This document shows positions 62,434-64,000 of a DNA stretch of 64,000 nt, piece by piece (position 1 is the first letter of the stretch; every line of letters begins with the position of its first letter). The notes under the pieces were generated by a model. That model ran no database searches. It saw only the letters and a list, made by a program, of their open reading frames with translations, and had not been told where the DNA came from. This stretch comes from Octopus sinensis (lineage: Eukaryota). The position numbers were made by a program, and so were the translations under genes. The stretch lies in the NCBI RefSeq assembly GCF_006345805.1, contig NC_043004.1, positions 7,812,001 to 7,876,000 of the forward strand. The letters are read 5' to 3'.

Positions 62434-63256
62434 GTAAGATATTCCTCATTATTTAAATTGCTTAGTGACATTTCTTTCAGTTTTATTCCAGTAACTCTGA
62501 GGTCAACTTTATCTTTTATCCTTTTTGGGGGTGGGTCTCAATGTAATAAAATACCAGTCAAATACTGGGGTTGATGTAATCAACTTGCCCTCTCTCCTCA
62601 AAATTACTGGTCTTCTGCCAAAATTACGATTAAGGCAGCCAGCTGGCAGGGTCATTAACACACTGAATAAAATGCTAAGCGGCATTCTGAGTTCAAATCC
62701 TGTCAAAGTTGACTTTGCTTTTCGTCCTTCCAGGGTTGATGAAATAAGTATCACTTGAGCCCTAGGATCAATGAAATTAACTGTCCCCTTCCCCACTAAA
62801 TTGCTGGCCTTATCTATATAGTAGAAAGGGTTATTATTATTATCATTATTAATATTGTTGTTGTCGGTGATAAAGGTGCTGATAGCCAAAAATGGTTCAA
62901 GTGTCAGCTCTCTTTACATTCTGAGTTCAAATCCTGCTGGCCTCAGCTTAGTCTTTCAACCCTTCAAGTCAAATACTGGTGTTGATATTTTGGTATCGTA
63001 CCTCCTTAGCAATTGAATTAAATAATTAAAAATGACTTTCGAACAATTTAATTATGATTGAAATCATAACCTTTTAAAACACCCTTTTATTTATTATATT
63101 CACTTTTGTTTTATTTTGGAGAGAATTTTGTAATATAAAGTGTTAAAAGAACTTCATCAAACATCTATGACAAGATCACAGGCACAATTCTACTGTATGC
63201 ATAACTCTTTCAACCCATGCTAGCATGGAAAGCGGACGTTAAACGATGATGATGAT

Positions 63257-63561
63257 GATATCACCGTGACCGACCAGGCTATCAGATGTTGCTACACATC
63301 GCTGATCACAATGCGCTTCACATTGTTTTAGTCTTCAGATGACGCCACCCCACTGGCTAAGCGAGCAGGCCAACAGAAGAAAGAGTGAGAGAAAGTTGTG
63401 GCGAAAGAGTACAGCAGGGGTCGCCACCCCCTCTGCCGGAGCCGTGTGGGGCTTTAGGTTTTTTCGCTCAATAAACACTCACAACGCCTGGTCTGGGAAT
63501 CAAAATCGCGATCCTACGACCATGAGTCCGCTGCCCTAACCACTGGGCCATTGCGCCTCCA
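63257..63561 (-). mobile_element. tRNA-derived SINE family C, second copy
   Basis: Colinear with 19075-19381; head TGGCCCAGTGGTTAGGGCAGCGGACTC; abuts a (CA)n tract. Confidence 0.85.
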
Positions 63562-64000
63562 CACACTCACACACACACACACACACACACACATAAAGCA
63601 TAACAATTGAGGAGATATGAAAGGTGAATGTATTTATTAACGACATACCATTCTTAGGACTAGGGCTGTTTTGCACCCTTCTTCATGTAATGATGATTTC
63701 AGTGTACAATAAATGTGTCTCCTTGTTTTGTCATTGTGTGTTTGTTGGAAACGAGTCATACATGCAGTGTTGTTCATTTTCATTATTTTGTTGGAAACAC
63801 ATCTGATGGTTTCTGTTCATGTTTCAAGTTCAAATATCACCCTGTTCAACTTTGTTTTTCATTCTCCTGGGGGTCATTAAAATATGTACCAGTTATGCAT
63901 TGAGGTTTATTCAGTCAGCGATAACAGCGATACTGATTAGTATGAAGTCATTCTAATTATCATCAATGTTGTGGTTTTTCACAATTAGGATTAATTGTAA

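Overview
Eukaryotic, AT-rich, repeat-dense genomic DNA; the repeat families suggest an octopus or other coleoid cephalopod (my recognition, not a database result). Two genes sit head-to-head around a ~400-bp promoter region. RPS20 is complete on the minus strand (4 coding exons, 120 aa, TCT/5'TOP start). TM9SF4 is on the plus strand (11 exons, first 304 codons; the gene continues past the window). The RPS20 last intron has a U12-type (minor spliceosome) donor and branch site. Two 97%-identical 101-nt copies of a candidate box H/ACA snoRNA lie in RPS20 introns 1 and 3. The rest is transposon debris: RTE LINE fragments and many RTE 3' tails with minisatellite arrays, CR1/L2 fragments, at least three tRNA-derived SINE families, Tc1/mariner/maT relics, a piggyBac fragment, Helitron-like elements, foldback MITEs and a probable solo LTR. 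Read by eye, there are two type I hammerhead ribozyme motifs: a canonical-core one at 6318-6378 and a G3-C8 core-swap variant in an inverted, Penelope-like structure at ~36498-36596. There is also a LINE 3' end encoding three tandem C2H2 zinc fingers. Exon coordinates were counted by hand; repeat boundaries are approximate.
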